Positions 8,831-16,548 of a stretch of 39,762 bases of DNA are shown piece after piece. Made by a program: the position numbers and the translations under genes. The DNA comes from Vicinamibacterales bacterium (GTDB lineage: Bacteria; Acidobacteriota; Vicinamibacteria; Vicinamibacterales; Fen-181), in assembly GCA_029974175.1 (NCBI GenBank), contig JARKSS010000007.1:1-39762 (forward strand), given 5' to 3'. Numbering within the stretch: position 1 is the stretch's first letter; each line of letters opens with the position of its first letter. A model generated the notes under the pieces. It ran no database searches and had not been told where the DNA came from. It worked only from the letters and a program-made list of their open reading frames with translations.

Positions 8831-9532
8831 TCACGCGAGGTTTGGGGCCATGCGCTTGAAGAACCGCGGCAGCCTCCGCAGCCCGAGCTGACGCGACACC
8901 TCGGCCACGATCCGCTCGCGCTCGGGCGGCGGCAGGGCAAGCGACGACCGCAGCTCGGCCAGGTGGGCACTTTCGCGCAGGCGCCAGCACACCACGTCGA
9001 GCCCCTGCCGCGCGCCCCGCACGGCGAGGAAGTGCCCGACGATCCGGAACGCGAAGTAGAAGCCGATCACGTTCGGGCCCGGCAGCGGCATCAGCGCCAG
9101 CGACGCGATCCCGGCCAGCGTGTTCACCGCCAGCCACCAGCGGTGCCGGCCGAAGTCTCTCGCGAGGTTGCCGCGGATGACCGACATCGCCCGCTCGTCC
9201 CCCATCCCGACCGGGTAGAGCGCGCAGGCCTCGCGCTGGGTCCTGAGGCGCCACAGCAGCCGCTGCTCGGCCACCTTCTCGGCCAGCCATCGCACGCCGC
9301 GCATGCGTGCGCGCGTCATCCATCCCTTGCGCCGGCGCAGCCGTGCCGCGGCCCTGCTGCGCTCGAGCCGCTCGTGCTCGCGCTCGATCGAGGCCAGCAT
9401 CGCCGCGAACCGCGCGCTCAGCCGTTTCCAGAGGCCCGACTCACCCGCGGGCAGCTCGGGCAGGTCTTCGGCTGGCGACTCGCAGTACAACTGGTAGCGG
9501 TCGGAACCGACGGGGACGAGGTAGACGTCCAT
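8831..9532 (-). CDS. conserved-looking membrane protein of unknown function (233 aa)
   Basis: ORF 8831..9532. High GC3. Hydrophobic hairpin WWLAVNTLAGIASLALMPLPGPNVIGFYFAFRIVGHFLAV. Lies 15 nt upstream of lpxD on the same strand. No family assigned by eye. Confidence 0.62.
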   Translation of the reverse strand: MDVYLVPVGSDRYQLYCESPAEDLPELPAGESGLWKRLSARFAAMLASIEREHERLERSRAAARLRRRKGWMTRARMRGVRWLAEKVAEQRLLWRLRTQREACALYPVGMGDERAMSVIRGNLARDFGRHRWWLAVNTLAGIASLALMPLPGPNVIGFYFAFRIVGHFLAVRGARQGLDVVCWRLRESAHLAELRSSLALPPPERERIVAEVSRQLGLRRLPRFFKRMAPNLA

Positions 9533-9575
9533 CCTTCGCTACAATAGCATCCAAACCCCAACGCTTGCCGAGCCC

Positions 9576-10610
9576 GTGGACAACCTGACCCATACCTTGT
9601 TTGCTCTCACCCTTGCCAATACGGGCCTTCGACGTTTCGGCCGCGGGGTCACCTCGACGCTGGTGCTTGCTTCGAGTGTGCCGGACCTCGAGTTCGTCAC
9701 CGGCCTCACCGGCGGACGGGTCGCGTACCTCAGCGCGCACCGCGGGCCTACGCACGGCCCGCTCGGCCTTGGCCTCGGGGCGGCGATGGCCGCCTGCGTC
9801 TACCTGGCGCGCCGCTTGCGGCGGCCGCGTGAAGACGATGCGCCGTTCCCCGCGCTGGTCATCGCCGGCCTGGCCGGCGTGATCGGCCACGTCGCCATGG
9901 ACTTCGCCACCTCGTACGGCACACGTGTGCTCAGCCCGTTCAGCAAGGTGTGGTACGGGGTGGACTGGCTGCCGATCGTGGATCCGTGGCTATTGCTGGT
10001 CCTGGCCGCCGGGCTGGTAGCCGCGTGGTTTCGGCCCGCGCTGGCGCGCCGGTTTGCGGTCGTCACCCTCGTGGTGATGGCCGTCCATTACGGGCTGCGC
10101 GCGTCGGCGCACGAGATGGCGCTGCGGCAGGCGGAGGCCCGCGAGGCGGCCATCGGCGTGAGTGCCGCCGCTCCCCGCAACACCCGGGTGTTTGCATACC
10201 TCGACCGCGGGCAGCCGGCACGACTGCCCGCTGCCTTGCCGACCGTGGCCTCGCCGTTCCGCTGGCGCCTGATCACGCGGACGGCGGACGGATTCGAGGT
10301 GGCGGAGATCGACCTTCGGAACCCGGACCGCGTGCGCGGGCAGACGCTCCGGTTCCCCAACCATGATGGCGCGCTGGTTGCCGAGGCGTCGGCCGCCCCG
10401 ACCGCGCGCGCCTTCCTCGGCTTCTCACGGTTCCCGGCTGTCGAGGTCGTGCCTCACCGGAACGGCGACGTGACCGTGCACTGGTACGACATGCGGTTCG
10501 GCCAGGCTGCCCCGGAGGGAGACTTCCGGACGGCTATCAGCCCATTCGGCGCGTGGGTGCGGCTGACCTCGGACGGCCGCCTGCTCGGCCACGGCCTCGG
10601 GCCGGGGTAG
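9576..10610 (+). CDS. membrane-bound metal-dependent hydrolase (YdjM/DUF457-like) with an extra C-terminal domain
   Basis: ORF 9576..10610 (GTG start). MDNLTHTLFALTL.. plus multiple His-containing TM segments (GVIGHVAMDFATSYG) typical of the YdjM family. About 150 aa of C-terminal extension. Confidence 0.68.
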   Translation: MDNLTHTLFALTLANTGLRRFGRGVTSTLVLASSVPDLEFVTGLTGGRVAYLSAHRGPTHGPLGLGLGAAMAACVYLARRLRRPREDDAPFPALVIAGLAGVIGHVAMDFATSYGTRVLSPFSKVWYGVDWLPIVDPWLLLVLAAGLVAAWFRPALARRFAVVTLVVMAVHYGLRASAHEMALRQAEAREAAIGVSAAAPRNTRVFAYLDRGQPARLPAALPTVASPFRWRLITRTADGFEVAEIDLRNPDRVRGQTLRFPNHDGALVAEASAAPTARAFLGFSRFPAVEVVPHRNGDVTVHWYDMRFGQAAPEGDFRTAISPFGAWVRLTSDGRLLGHGLGPG

Positions 10611-10614
10611 GCGC

Positions 10615-11490
10615 GTGCCGCTGCTGGGCGCACACGTGTCGGTCGCCGGGGGGCTGCCGCTGGCCGTGGACCGGGCCGTTGCGCAGGGCTGCGACGCGTT
10701 CCAGATCTTCACCAAGTCATCGAACCAGTGGCGCGCGCGGCCCCTGCCGGCCGAGGAGGTCAGGCAGTTCCGCGAGCGGCTCGAGCGCAGCGCCATCGGT
10801 GTGGCGGTTGCGCACGCAAGCTACCTGATCAACCTCGCCTCGTCCGACCCGGTTCTCCGCGAACGCTCGCTGGCCTCGTTCGGCGAGGAGCTGGATCGCG
10901 TCGAGCTGCTCGGGCTGCTGGGCCTCGTGATCCACCCGGGCTGCGTGACGTCGGGAACGGACGAGAAAGGGCTTTCGCTGATTGCCTCGGCCATCGACGG
11001 CGCCCTCAGGGCGCGGCGCTCGGGCAAGGGCCTCGTCATCCTCGAGCACACGGCGGGACAGGGACGGTCGCTCGGATGGCGGTTCGAGCAGCTGGCGCGG
11101 ATCCTCGACCTCCTCGATGGGCATCGCCGGGTGGCCGTCTGTCTCGACACCTGCCACCTGGTCGCGGCCGGCTACGGCCTCTCGGGCGCGGCCGCCTACC
11201 GCCGCACCTTCGAGGCCTTCGATCGCCTCGTCGGCCTCGATCGATTGCAGGTGTTCCACCTGAACGATTCGAAGCGGCCGCCTGGCAGCCGCGTGGACCG
11301 CCACGATCACATCGGCCGAGGGGTGGTGGGGCGCGCGGCCTTCAGGCGGCTGCTCAACGACCCTCGCTTCGCGCACCTGCCCATGCTGCTCGAGACACCG
11401 AAGACCGAGGGCCGGCGGCCGAAGGACACCAGCCCCGACCCGCTGGACGTCATGAACCTCGCCACCCTTCGCGCACTCGTGCGACACTGA
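10615..11490 (+). CDS. nfo: deoxyribonuclease IV (endonuclease IV)
   Basis: ORF 10615..11490 (GTG). LLGAHVSVAGGL..AFQIFTKSSNQW..VIHPG..LEHTAGQG..CLDTCH..HLNDS motifs. Confidence 0.92.
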   Translation: MPLLGAHVSVAGGLPLAVDRAVAQGCDAFQIFTKSSNQWRARPLPAEEVRQFRERLERSAIGVAVAHASYLINLASSDPVLRERSLASFGEELDRVELLGLLGLVIHPGCVTSGTDEKGLSLIASAIDGALRARRSGKGLVILEHTAGQGRSLGWRFEQLARILDLLDGHRRVAVCLDTCHLVAAGYGLSGAAAYRRTFEAFDRLVGLDRLQVFHLNDSKRPPGSRVDRHDHIGRGVVGRAAFRRLLNDPRFAHLPMLLETPKTEGRRPKDTSPDPLDVMNLATLRALVRH

Positions 11491-11535
11491 CTCCGTCCTG
11501 GGCTGCGGCTACGGCGGGCAGGCCCTCCAACACTC

Positions 11536-11566
11536 CCTGCACCTCCTGCACCCCCTGCACGACCTG
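11536..11566. repeat. 9-nt tandem repeat (CCTGCACNN) x3.4
   Basis: CCTGCAC at 11536, 11545 and 11554, plus CCTG at 11563, in the nfo-amrB intergenic region. Confidence 0.8.
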
Positions 11567-11585
11567 TAAGTAGTAGGATCCTTTC

Positions 11586-12428
11586 ATGCCCAAACCGGAA
11601 GGCCCCATCCGGCGGGCCGCCGTCGCCGGATCGTGGTACCCGGGCTCGGCCGAGGCCCTGGCGTTGGAGGTCGATCGCCACCTCGAGGCCGCATCTCCCG
11701 GCCTGCCACGTGGCAGCGTTCGCGGGCTGGTCGCCCCACACGCGGGGCTGATGTACTCGGGGCCGATTGCCGCGTGGGCCTATCGCGCGGTCCGGGACGA
11801 CCCCTTCGAGGTTGCCGTGCTGGTCGGGCCGTCGCACCGCCTCGGGTTCGAGGGGGTAGCGATCTACCCCCGCGGGGCCTGGGACACGCCGCTCGGGCCG
11901 GCGCGGATCGCCGAGGATGCCGCCTCTGCGATCCTGACCGCCGGCGCGCCGGTCGTGCACGTGTCGGAGACCGCGCACGCCCGTGAGCACTCGCTCGAGA
12001 TGCAGCTGCCCTTCCTGCGGCGCGTGCTGCCCGAGACGCCAATCGTGCCGCTGCTGATGGGCCTCCAGACGCCCGACACGATTGACGCCCTGGCCGCGGC
12101 GCTCGCGGAGGCGCTCGCGGGTCGTCGCGCGCTGCTGGTGGCCAGCAGCGATCTCTCGCACTACATGGAGAGCCGCGCCGCCGCGCGCATGGATCGCCAG
12201 GTGCTCGACCTGGTGTCGGCGTTCGATGACGAGGGGCTGGTGCGGCTGCTGCGGACACGCCCCGACCACGCCTGCGGCGGCGGACCGGTGGCGTCGGTGA
12301 TGCGCGCGGCGCGGGCGCTGGGGGCCGGCACGGCCCGCGTCCTGCGCTACGGCGACTCGGGTGACACCTCGGGCGACAAGAGCGCCGTCGTGGGGTACAT
12401 GGCCGCCGCCTTCGGCGGCTTTGCGTGA
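11586..12428 (+). CDS. amrB: AmmeMemoRadiSam system protein B (Memo-like)
   Basis: ORF 11586..12428. IRRAAVAGSWYPGSAEAL... GLVAPHAGLMYSGPIAAWAY ... HSLEMQLPFL ... ACGGGP. Confidence 0.88.
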   Translation: MPKPEGPIRRAAVAGSWYPGSAEALALEVDRHLEAASPGLPRGSVRGLVAPHAGLMYSGPIAAWAYRAVRDDPFEVAVLVGPSHRLGFEGVAIYPRGAWDTPLGPARIAEDAASAILTAGAPVVHVSETAHAREHSLEMQLPFLRRVLPETPIVPLLMGLQTPDTIDALAAALAEALAGRRALLVASSDLSHYMESRAAARMDRQVLDLVSAFDDEGLVRLLRTRPDHACGGGPVASVMRAARALGAGTARVLRYGDSGDTSGDKSAVVGYMAAAFGGFA

Positions 12429-12492
12429 GCCGGCGAGGAAGACCGCCGGGCAACCGGCGTTGAAGTTGCCCGCGCGGTTCGTGGAGCCATTC

Positions 12493-13095
12493 ATGCTCAG
12501 CGCCAGGGAGCGACGCGACCTGCTGCAGTACGCGAGGGACACCCTCACCGCCTATTTCGAGGGCGGGGCGCCACCCCCGCCGCCGACGTTGGAGGATCCG
12601 AGCGCGCACGCGGGCGCCTTCGTCACGCTCGAGGTTGACGGCGACCTTCGCGGCTGCATCGGTTACCCGGGCTCGTCGCAGCCTCTCGGCAAGGTGGTGG
12701 CGGAATGCGCGGTGGCTGCCGCCACAGGCGATCCCCGCTTCACGCCGCTCCGCCGGCGCGAGATGGACGCCCTCGAGATCGAGATCTCCGTGCTGACGCC
12801 CATCGTGCCCGTGCAGGACGTGAGCGAGATCGAGGTGGGCCGCGACGGCTTGGTCGTGACCGACGGAAAGCGGAGGGGCCTGCTGCTGCCCCAGGTCGCC
12901 GTGGAGCACGGGTGGGACCGCGACACCTTCCTCGCCCACACGTGTATGAAGGCGGGGCTGCGTGGCGATGCCTGGAAGGCCGGCGCGCGCATCCTGCGCT
13001 TCCAGGCGGAGGTGTTCTCCGAGAGTTCCGAGCGCGCGAGCGTATCCGCCCAGGAACACCGGGGCGACGAGTCCGGGCGCGCTCCTCGCTCGTGA
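12493..13095 (+). CDS. amrA: AmmeMemoRadiSam system protein A (AMMECR1 domain)
   Basis: Within ORF 12361..13095. ATG 12493 gives MLSARERRDLLQYARDTL...GAFVTLEVDGDLRGCIGY...DPRF.P...LEIEISVL...GLLLPQV. GTG 12481 is an alternative start. Confidence 0.85.
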   Translation: MLSARERRDLLQYARDTLTAYFEGGAPPPPPTLEDPSAHAGAFVTLEVDGDLRGCIGYPGSSQPLGKVVAECAVAAATGDPRFTPLRRREMDALEIEISVLTPIVPVQDVSEIEVGRDGLVVTDGKRRGLLLPQVAVEHGWDRDTFLAHTCMKAGLRGDAWKAGARILRFQAEVFSESSERASVSAQEHRGDESGRAPRS

Positions 13096-13108
13096 TACCA
13101 TCCGCGCC

Positions 13109-13408
13109 ATGAGCGAGGCGCTGCCCGAGCGCGAAGTCGAGCGGATTGCCAGGCTTGCGCGCCTGGCCCCCACCCCTGCCGAACGGCGCCAGCTCGCCGA
13201 GGAACTCGGGCAGATCCTCGCCTTCGCCGCCGCGGTGGCCTCGGTGGACACGAGCGGTGTCGAGCCGGGCGCCGACTGGCTGGTCCAGGAACCCCTCGAG
13301 CGGCCCGACGAACCGCGGCCGTCGCTGGCAACCGGCGCCGCCCTTGCCAACGCGCCCGAGCAGGCGGACGGCCTCGTCCTCGTGCCGCGCGTCCGCCCGC
13401 GAGACTGA
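13109..13408 (+). CDS. gatC: Asp/Glu-tRNA amidotransferase subunit C
   Basis: Within ORF 12962..13408. ATG 13109 gives MSEALPEREVERIARLARLAPTPAERRQLAEELGQILAFAAAV, typical of GatC. Confidence 0.9.
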   Translation: MSEALPEREVERIARLARLAPTPAERRQLAEELGQILAFAAAVASVDTSGVEPGADWLVQEPLERPDEPRPSLATGAALANAPEQADGLVLVPRVRPRD

Positions 13409-13411
13409 TCG

Positions 13412-14872
13412 ATGCCTCCGGAATCCGGGCGCCCACTCACGGCCCTCGCCATCCGGAACGCCGTTCGAGCCGGGCGGCTGACCGCCGCCCAGGCATGCCG
13501 CGCGGCACTCGACGCCATCGACGTCCACGAGCCGCGGATCCACGCCTACATCAGCATCTGCGCCGACCGCGCGATGGAGGCGGCCCACCGCCTCGACGCC
13601 GACCCGGCACGCGTGGCGCGCCTCCCGCTGGCCGGCGTGCCGGTGGCCATCAAGGACAACCTCTGCACGGCCGGCCTCCGGACCACGGCAGGCTCGCGCA
13701 TGCTCGAGGCGTTCGTCCCGCCCTACGACGCCACCGCCGTCCGCCGCCTCGAGGAAGCCGGCGCCATCATCGTCGGGAAGACCAACTGCGACGAGTTCGC
13801 GATGGGGGCGTCAACCGAGTACTCGGCGTTTGGACCCACGAGGAACCCGGTCGATCCGTCGCGAACACCCGGCGGGTCGAGCGGGGGATCGGCCGCCACG
13901 GTGGCAAGCGGCGCGCTGCCGATCGCGCTCGGGTCGGACACCGGGGGATCGGTCCGCCAGCCTGCCAGCTTCTGTGGGGTGGTAGGACTGAAGCCCACCT
14001 ACGGCCGCGTGTCGCGCTACGGGCTGATCGCGTTCGCCTCGTCGCTCGACCAGGTCGGCGTCCTCGCGGGCACGGCGGAAGACGCTGCCCTGGCGCTGCA
14101 GGCAATTGCCGGGGCCGACGCCGCCGACGCCACCGCCGCAGGGCGGCCCGTTCCCGACTATGCCGCCGCACTCGAACACCCCGTGGCCGGCCTGCGCGTC
14201 GGTGTCCCGCGTGCGTTGGTCGCCGATGAGGTGGACGAGGAGGTGCGCGACCGGTTCGATCGGGCGTGTGAAGCCCTTCGCGCCTTCGGCCTCGACGTGC
14301 GCGACGTGTCGCTGCCCCACGCGAGACACGCCGTGCCCGTGTACCACCTGGTCGCCAGCGCGGAGGCCAGCGCGAACCTGGCGCGCTACGACGGGGTGCG
14401 CTACGGCCTGCGCGCCCCGCACGACGGATCGGTGATCGGGATGAACGCCGCCACGCGCGACGCCGGCTTCGGACGGGAGCTCAAGCGCCGCATCATGCTC
14501 GGCACCTACGCCCTCAGCGCGGGCTACTACGAGGCGTACTACGCCAGGGGGCAGCGGGTGCGGGCGTTGATCCGGGCCGACTTCGAGGCGGCGTTCCGCG
14601 AGGTGGATTTCGTCGCGCTGCCCACGGCACCCACGCCTGCGTTCCGCCTGGGTGAGCGCCTCGACAACCCGGTGCAGATGTACCTGGCCGACCTGTTCAC
14701 GGCAGGGCCGTCACTGGCGGGGCTTCCGGCAATCTCGATCCCGTGCGGTGAGACTCGCGAAGGGCTGCCGGTCGGGCTGCAACTGGTGGGGCGGATGTTC
14801 GACGAGGCGGGACTGCTGCGGGTGGCGCATGCGTTCGAGACAGGCGCCGCCGGGCGGAACGACGGGGCCTGA
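13412..14872 (+). CDS. gatA: Asp/Glu-tRNA amidotransferase subunit A (amidase signature)
   Basis: ORF 13412..14872. GVPVAIKDNLCT, GGSSGGSAA, GSDTGGSVRQPASFCG amidase-signature motifs. Starts 3 nt after gatC. Confidence 0.95.
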   Translation: MPPESGRPLTALAIRNAVRAGRLTAAQACRAALDAIDVHEPRIHAYISICADRAMEAAHRLDADPARVARLPLAGVPVAIKDNLCTAGLRTTAGSRMLEAFVPPYDATAVRRLEEAGAIIVGKTNCDEFAMGASTEYSAFGPTRNPVDPSRTPGGSSGGSAATVASGALPIALGSDTGGSVRQPASFCGVVGLKPTYGRVSRYGLIAFASSLDQVGVLAGTAEDAALALQAIAGADAADATAAGRPVPDYAAALEHPVAGLRVGVPRALVADEVDEEVRDRFDRACEALRAFGLDVRDVSLPHARHAVPVYHLVASAEASANLARYDGVRYGLRAPHDGSVIGMNAATRDAGFGRELKRRIMLGTYALSAGYYEAYYARGQRVRALIRADFEAAFREVDFVALPTAPTPAFRLGERLDNPVQMYLADLFTAGPSLAGLPAISIPCGETREGLPVGLQLVGRMFDEAGLLRVAHAFETGAAGRNDGA

Positions 14873-14898
14873 ACGGGAGCCGGCGGCCGCACTTCCCG

Positions 14899-15234
14899 CT
14901 ACGTCGTCCGGATTGGCTCGGGACGGGCAATCGCGCGAACGACGGCCCAGATCACGATCGCGCCGAAGGCCAGCGGAATCAGCGGCACGGCAAGCGCGGC
15001 GAGGCCGCCGACCACGGTGAGTACCAGCAGGACGAACGCGGCGACGACCGCGAGCGGAAGCAGCAGCAGTTTCAGCGCCCAGCCGGCGAGCTTGAACGGG
15101 ATCCAGACGAGCCCGAGCGCGAGCTTGACCGGGAGCAGTAGGAGCATCACGACAAGCTTCAGCAGCGCCAGCGCCACCGCGAGGACCACCCCGACGAGCG
15201 CCAGCATCACGAGCACCGACAGCAGCTCCAGCAT
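14899..15234 (-). CDS. very hydrophobic small membrane protein (111 aa), unknown function
   Basis: ORF 14899..15234. Almost entirely L/V/A-rich TM segments. High GC3. AGGAG lies 5 nt upstream of the ATG on the minus strand. Confidence 0.55.
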   Translation of the reverse strand: MLELLSVLVMLALVGVVLAVALALLKLVVMLLLLPVKLALGLVWIPFKLAGWALKLLLLPLAVVAAFVLLVLTVVGGLAALAVPLIPLAFGAIVIWAVVRAIARPEPIRTT

Positions 15235-15358
15235 GGCCGTCTCCTGGCCGGGTGGGGTGCGCCTCCGGCCTACCGGATCTTACGAAAACCGGCGTGCCGG
15301 GGTTTCAGGGACGGATTTTGCTTGCGGCGAAACGCCCGCCCCGCTACCCTGAGGGATT

Positions 15359-15652
15359 GTGGTAGACGAAAACACGACCAACCAGGAAACACCCGAAGCT
15401 TCCCCGGCGCCACCCCAACCGCCGGCGCCGCCCATCGAGAGCCGGTTCCTCTTCGTGGACGTGGCCGCCCTGCGTGCCAAGCAGCTGCGCCGCGGTGCGC
15501 GGCCGCGGCTGGCCGGCCTGGCCGACTCCGAGACGACGTCGCCTGACGCGCCGCACAAGCCCGAGCGGATCGCGATGGAAGAGGTGCGCCAGGGGCTCAT
15601 CCACTGGGAGCTGCCCGACACCAAGCCCCACGGGGAGGAGCAGCCGGCGTGA
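15359..15652 (+). CDS. rpoZ: DNA-directed RNA polymerase subunit omega
   Basis: ORF 15359..15652 (GTG). Core SRFLFVDVAALRAKQLRRGARPRL...KPERIAMEEVRQGLI matches the RpoZ pattern. Pro-rich N-terminal extension. Confidence 0.75.
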   Translation: MVDENTTNQETPEASPAPPQPPAPPIESRFLFVDVAALRAKQLRRGARPRLAGLADSETTSPDAPHKPERIAMEEVRQGLIHWELPDTKPHGEEQPA

Positions 15653-15882
15653 GCGAGGCCTGGCCCCTTCTCCGGGGGGCCCTGCTGGGCCTCACGGTGC
15701 TCGCGGTCTTCCTCCTTGCGGTGCTGGTCGGCTTCTCGCTGTTCGGCGACCGCACCAAGTTCAGATCGCGGAAGGGCTCGCGCACCATTCGCGACCTCGA
15801 CGAGGGCCTGGGCCGGGCCCCCACCTACCTGCCGCCCGACACGCCGCGCGGCCCGGTGGATCAGCTCGCCGGTTCGAAGTAG
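15649..15882 (+). CDS. small single-pass membrane protein (77 aa), unknown function
   Basis: ORF 15649..15882. GTGA overlap with the rpoZ stop. One TM helix (LLGLTVLAVFLLAVLVGFSLF) followed by a charged tail. High GC3. Confidence 0.45.
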   Translation: MSEAWPLLRGALLGLTVLAVFLLAVLVGFSLFGDRTKFRSRKGSRTIRDLDEGLGRAPTYLPPDTPRGPVDQLAGSK

Positions 15883-15904
15883 GCACAAAAGAAAAGGGGC
15901 CGGG

Positions 15905-15948
15905 CCTAGCCCCTAGCCCCTAGCCCCTAGCCCTTAGCTTAGCCCCTA
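15905..15948. repeat. heptamer tandem array (CTAGCCC)n, locus A
   Basis: CTAG at 15906, 15913, 15920 and 15927, then degenerate units TTAGCT and TAGCCCC. The last unit supplies the hsp20 stop codon (15946-15948). Confidence 0.9.
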
Positions 15949-16398
15949 TTCACTCACCTGCACCTGGATCTGCCGGGGCTTCGCCTCCTCGCGCACGGGC
16001 AGCCGCACCGTCAGCACCCCGGCCTTGTACTCGGCCGACACCTTCGAAGCGTCCACCGTGGGGGGGAGCGAGAACGAGCGGTTGAAGCGGCCGTACGTCC
16101 GCTCGACGCGGTGGCACTGCTCGTCGCGCATGTCCTCGCTCATCCGCTTCTCGCCGCCGATGGTGAGCGTGTTGTTCTCGACCGTCAGCTGGATGTCCTC
16201 GCGCTTCATGTCGGGCAGCTCGGCCTTGATCACCAGCTCACCCTTGCCGTTGTCGTAGATGTCCACGGGCGGCACCCACGCGCCGCGGCGCATCACGTCG
16301 TCGGCACCGCCACGCCCGTAGAACTCGCCGAGCAGGCGGCCCATGCGGTCCTGCATCTCCGACAGTTCGCGGAACGGATCCCAACGCACGATTGCCAT
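15946..16398 (-). CDS. Hsp20/alpha-crystallin family small heat-shock protein
   Basis: Within ORF 15946..16548. ATG 16398-16396 gives MAIVRWDPFRELSEMQDRM...VDIYDNGKGELVIKAELPDMKREDIQLTVENNTLTIGGEK...YGRFNRSFSLP...AEYKAGVLTVRLP. AGGAGG lies 5-6 nt upstream. Confidence 0.9.
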   Translation of the reverse strand: MAIVRWDPFRELSEMQDRMGRLLGEFYGRGGADDVMRRGAWVPPVDIYDNGKGELVIKAELPDMKREDIQLTVENNTLTIGGEKRMSEDMRDEQCHRVERTYGRFNRSFSLPPTVDASKVSAEYKAGVLTVRLPVREEAKPRQIQVQVSE

Positions 16399-16519
16399 GG
16401 TTTCCTCCTGAGCTGAACGACCCGGTTTGCTTCCGGGGCCGTGGGTCTTGCTCGCCGGCCCGCCGTGGCCCCCGGAGCGCCGCGAGCGCTGGCGACGGCG
16501 GGCGACCTCGACGATTCGA

Positions 16520-16548
16520 AGTCTACAACGGATATGAGCGTCTGTCAA
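16520..16548 (-). promoter_or_regulatory. sigma70-like promoter for hsp20: -35 TTGACA (16548-16543), 17-nt spacer, -10 TAGACT (16525-16520)
   Basis: The minus strand reads gcTTGACAgacgctcatatccgttgTAGACTtcg. It would give a GC-rich leader of about 115 nt before ATG 16398. Confidence 0.45.

Noticed and set aside
9540-9545. TACAAT -10-like hexamer upstream of the YdjM-like gene
   Set aside because: No acceptable -35 lies at 16-19 nt, and the start codon and RBS of the gene are themselves uncertain. The evidence is too weak to list as a feature.
6557-9547. 996-aa plus-strand ORF
   Set aside because: It lies antisense to the M16 peptidase, lpxD and the membrane-protein gene. It has the same high-GC artefact signature (R/G/P/D-rich, no recognisable domains).
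11584-13518. 644-aa minus-strand ORF and similar long antisense ORFs (for example 23076..24692, 36751..38373, 18663..20177, 20120..21547, 34340..35851)
   Set aside because: All are antisense to genes with clear family motifs, and all have Arg/Pro-rich composition. They were not called.
15905-15948. Possible CRISPR array (regular short repeats)
   Set aside because: The units are 7 nt long with no spacers, which makes this a microsatellite-like tandem array rather than CRISPR. No cas genes are in the window.
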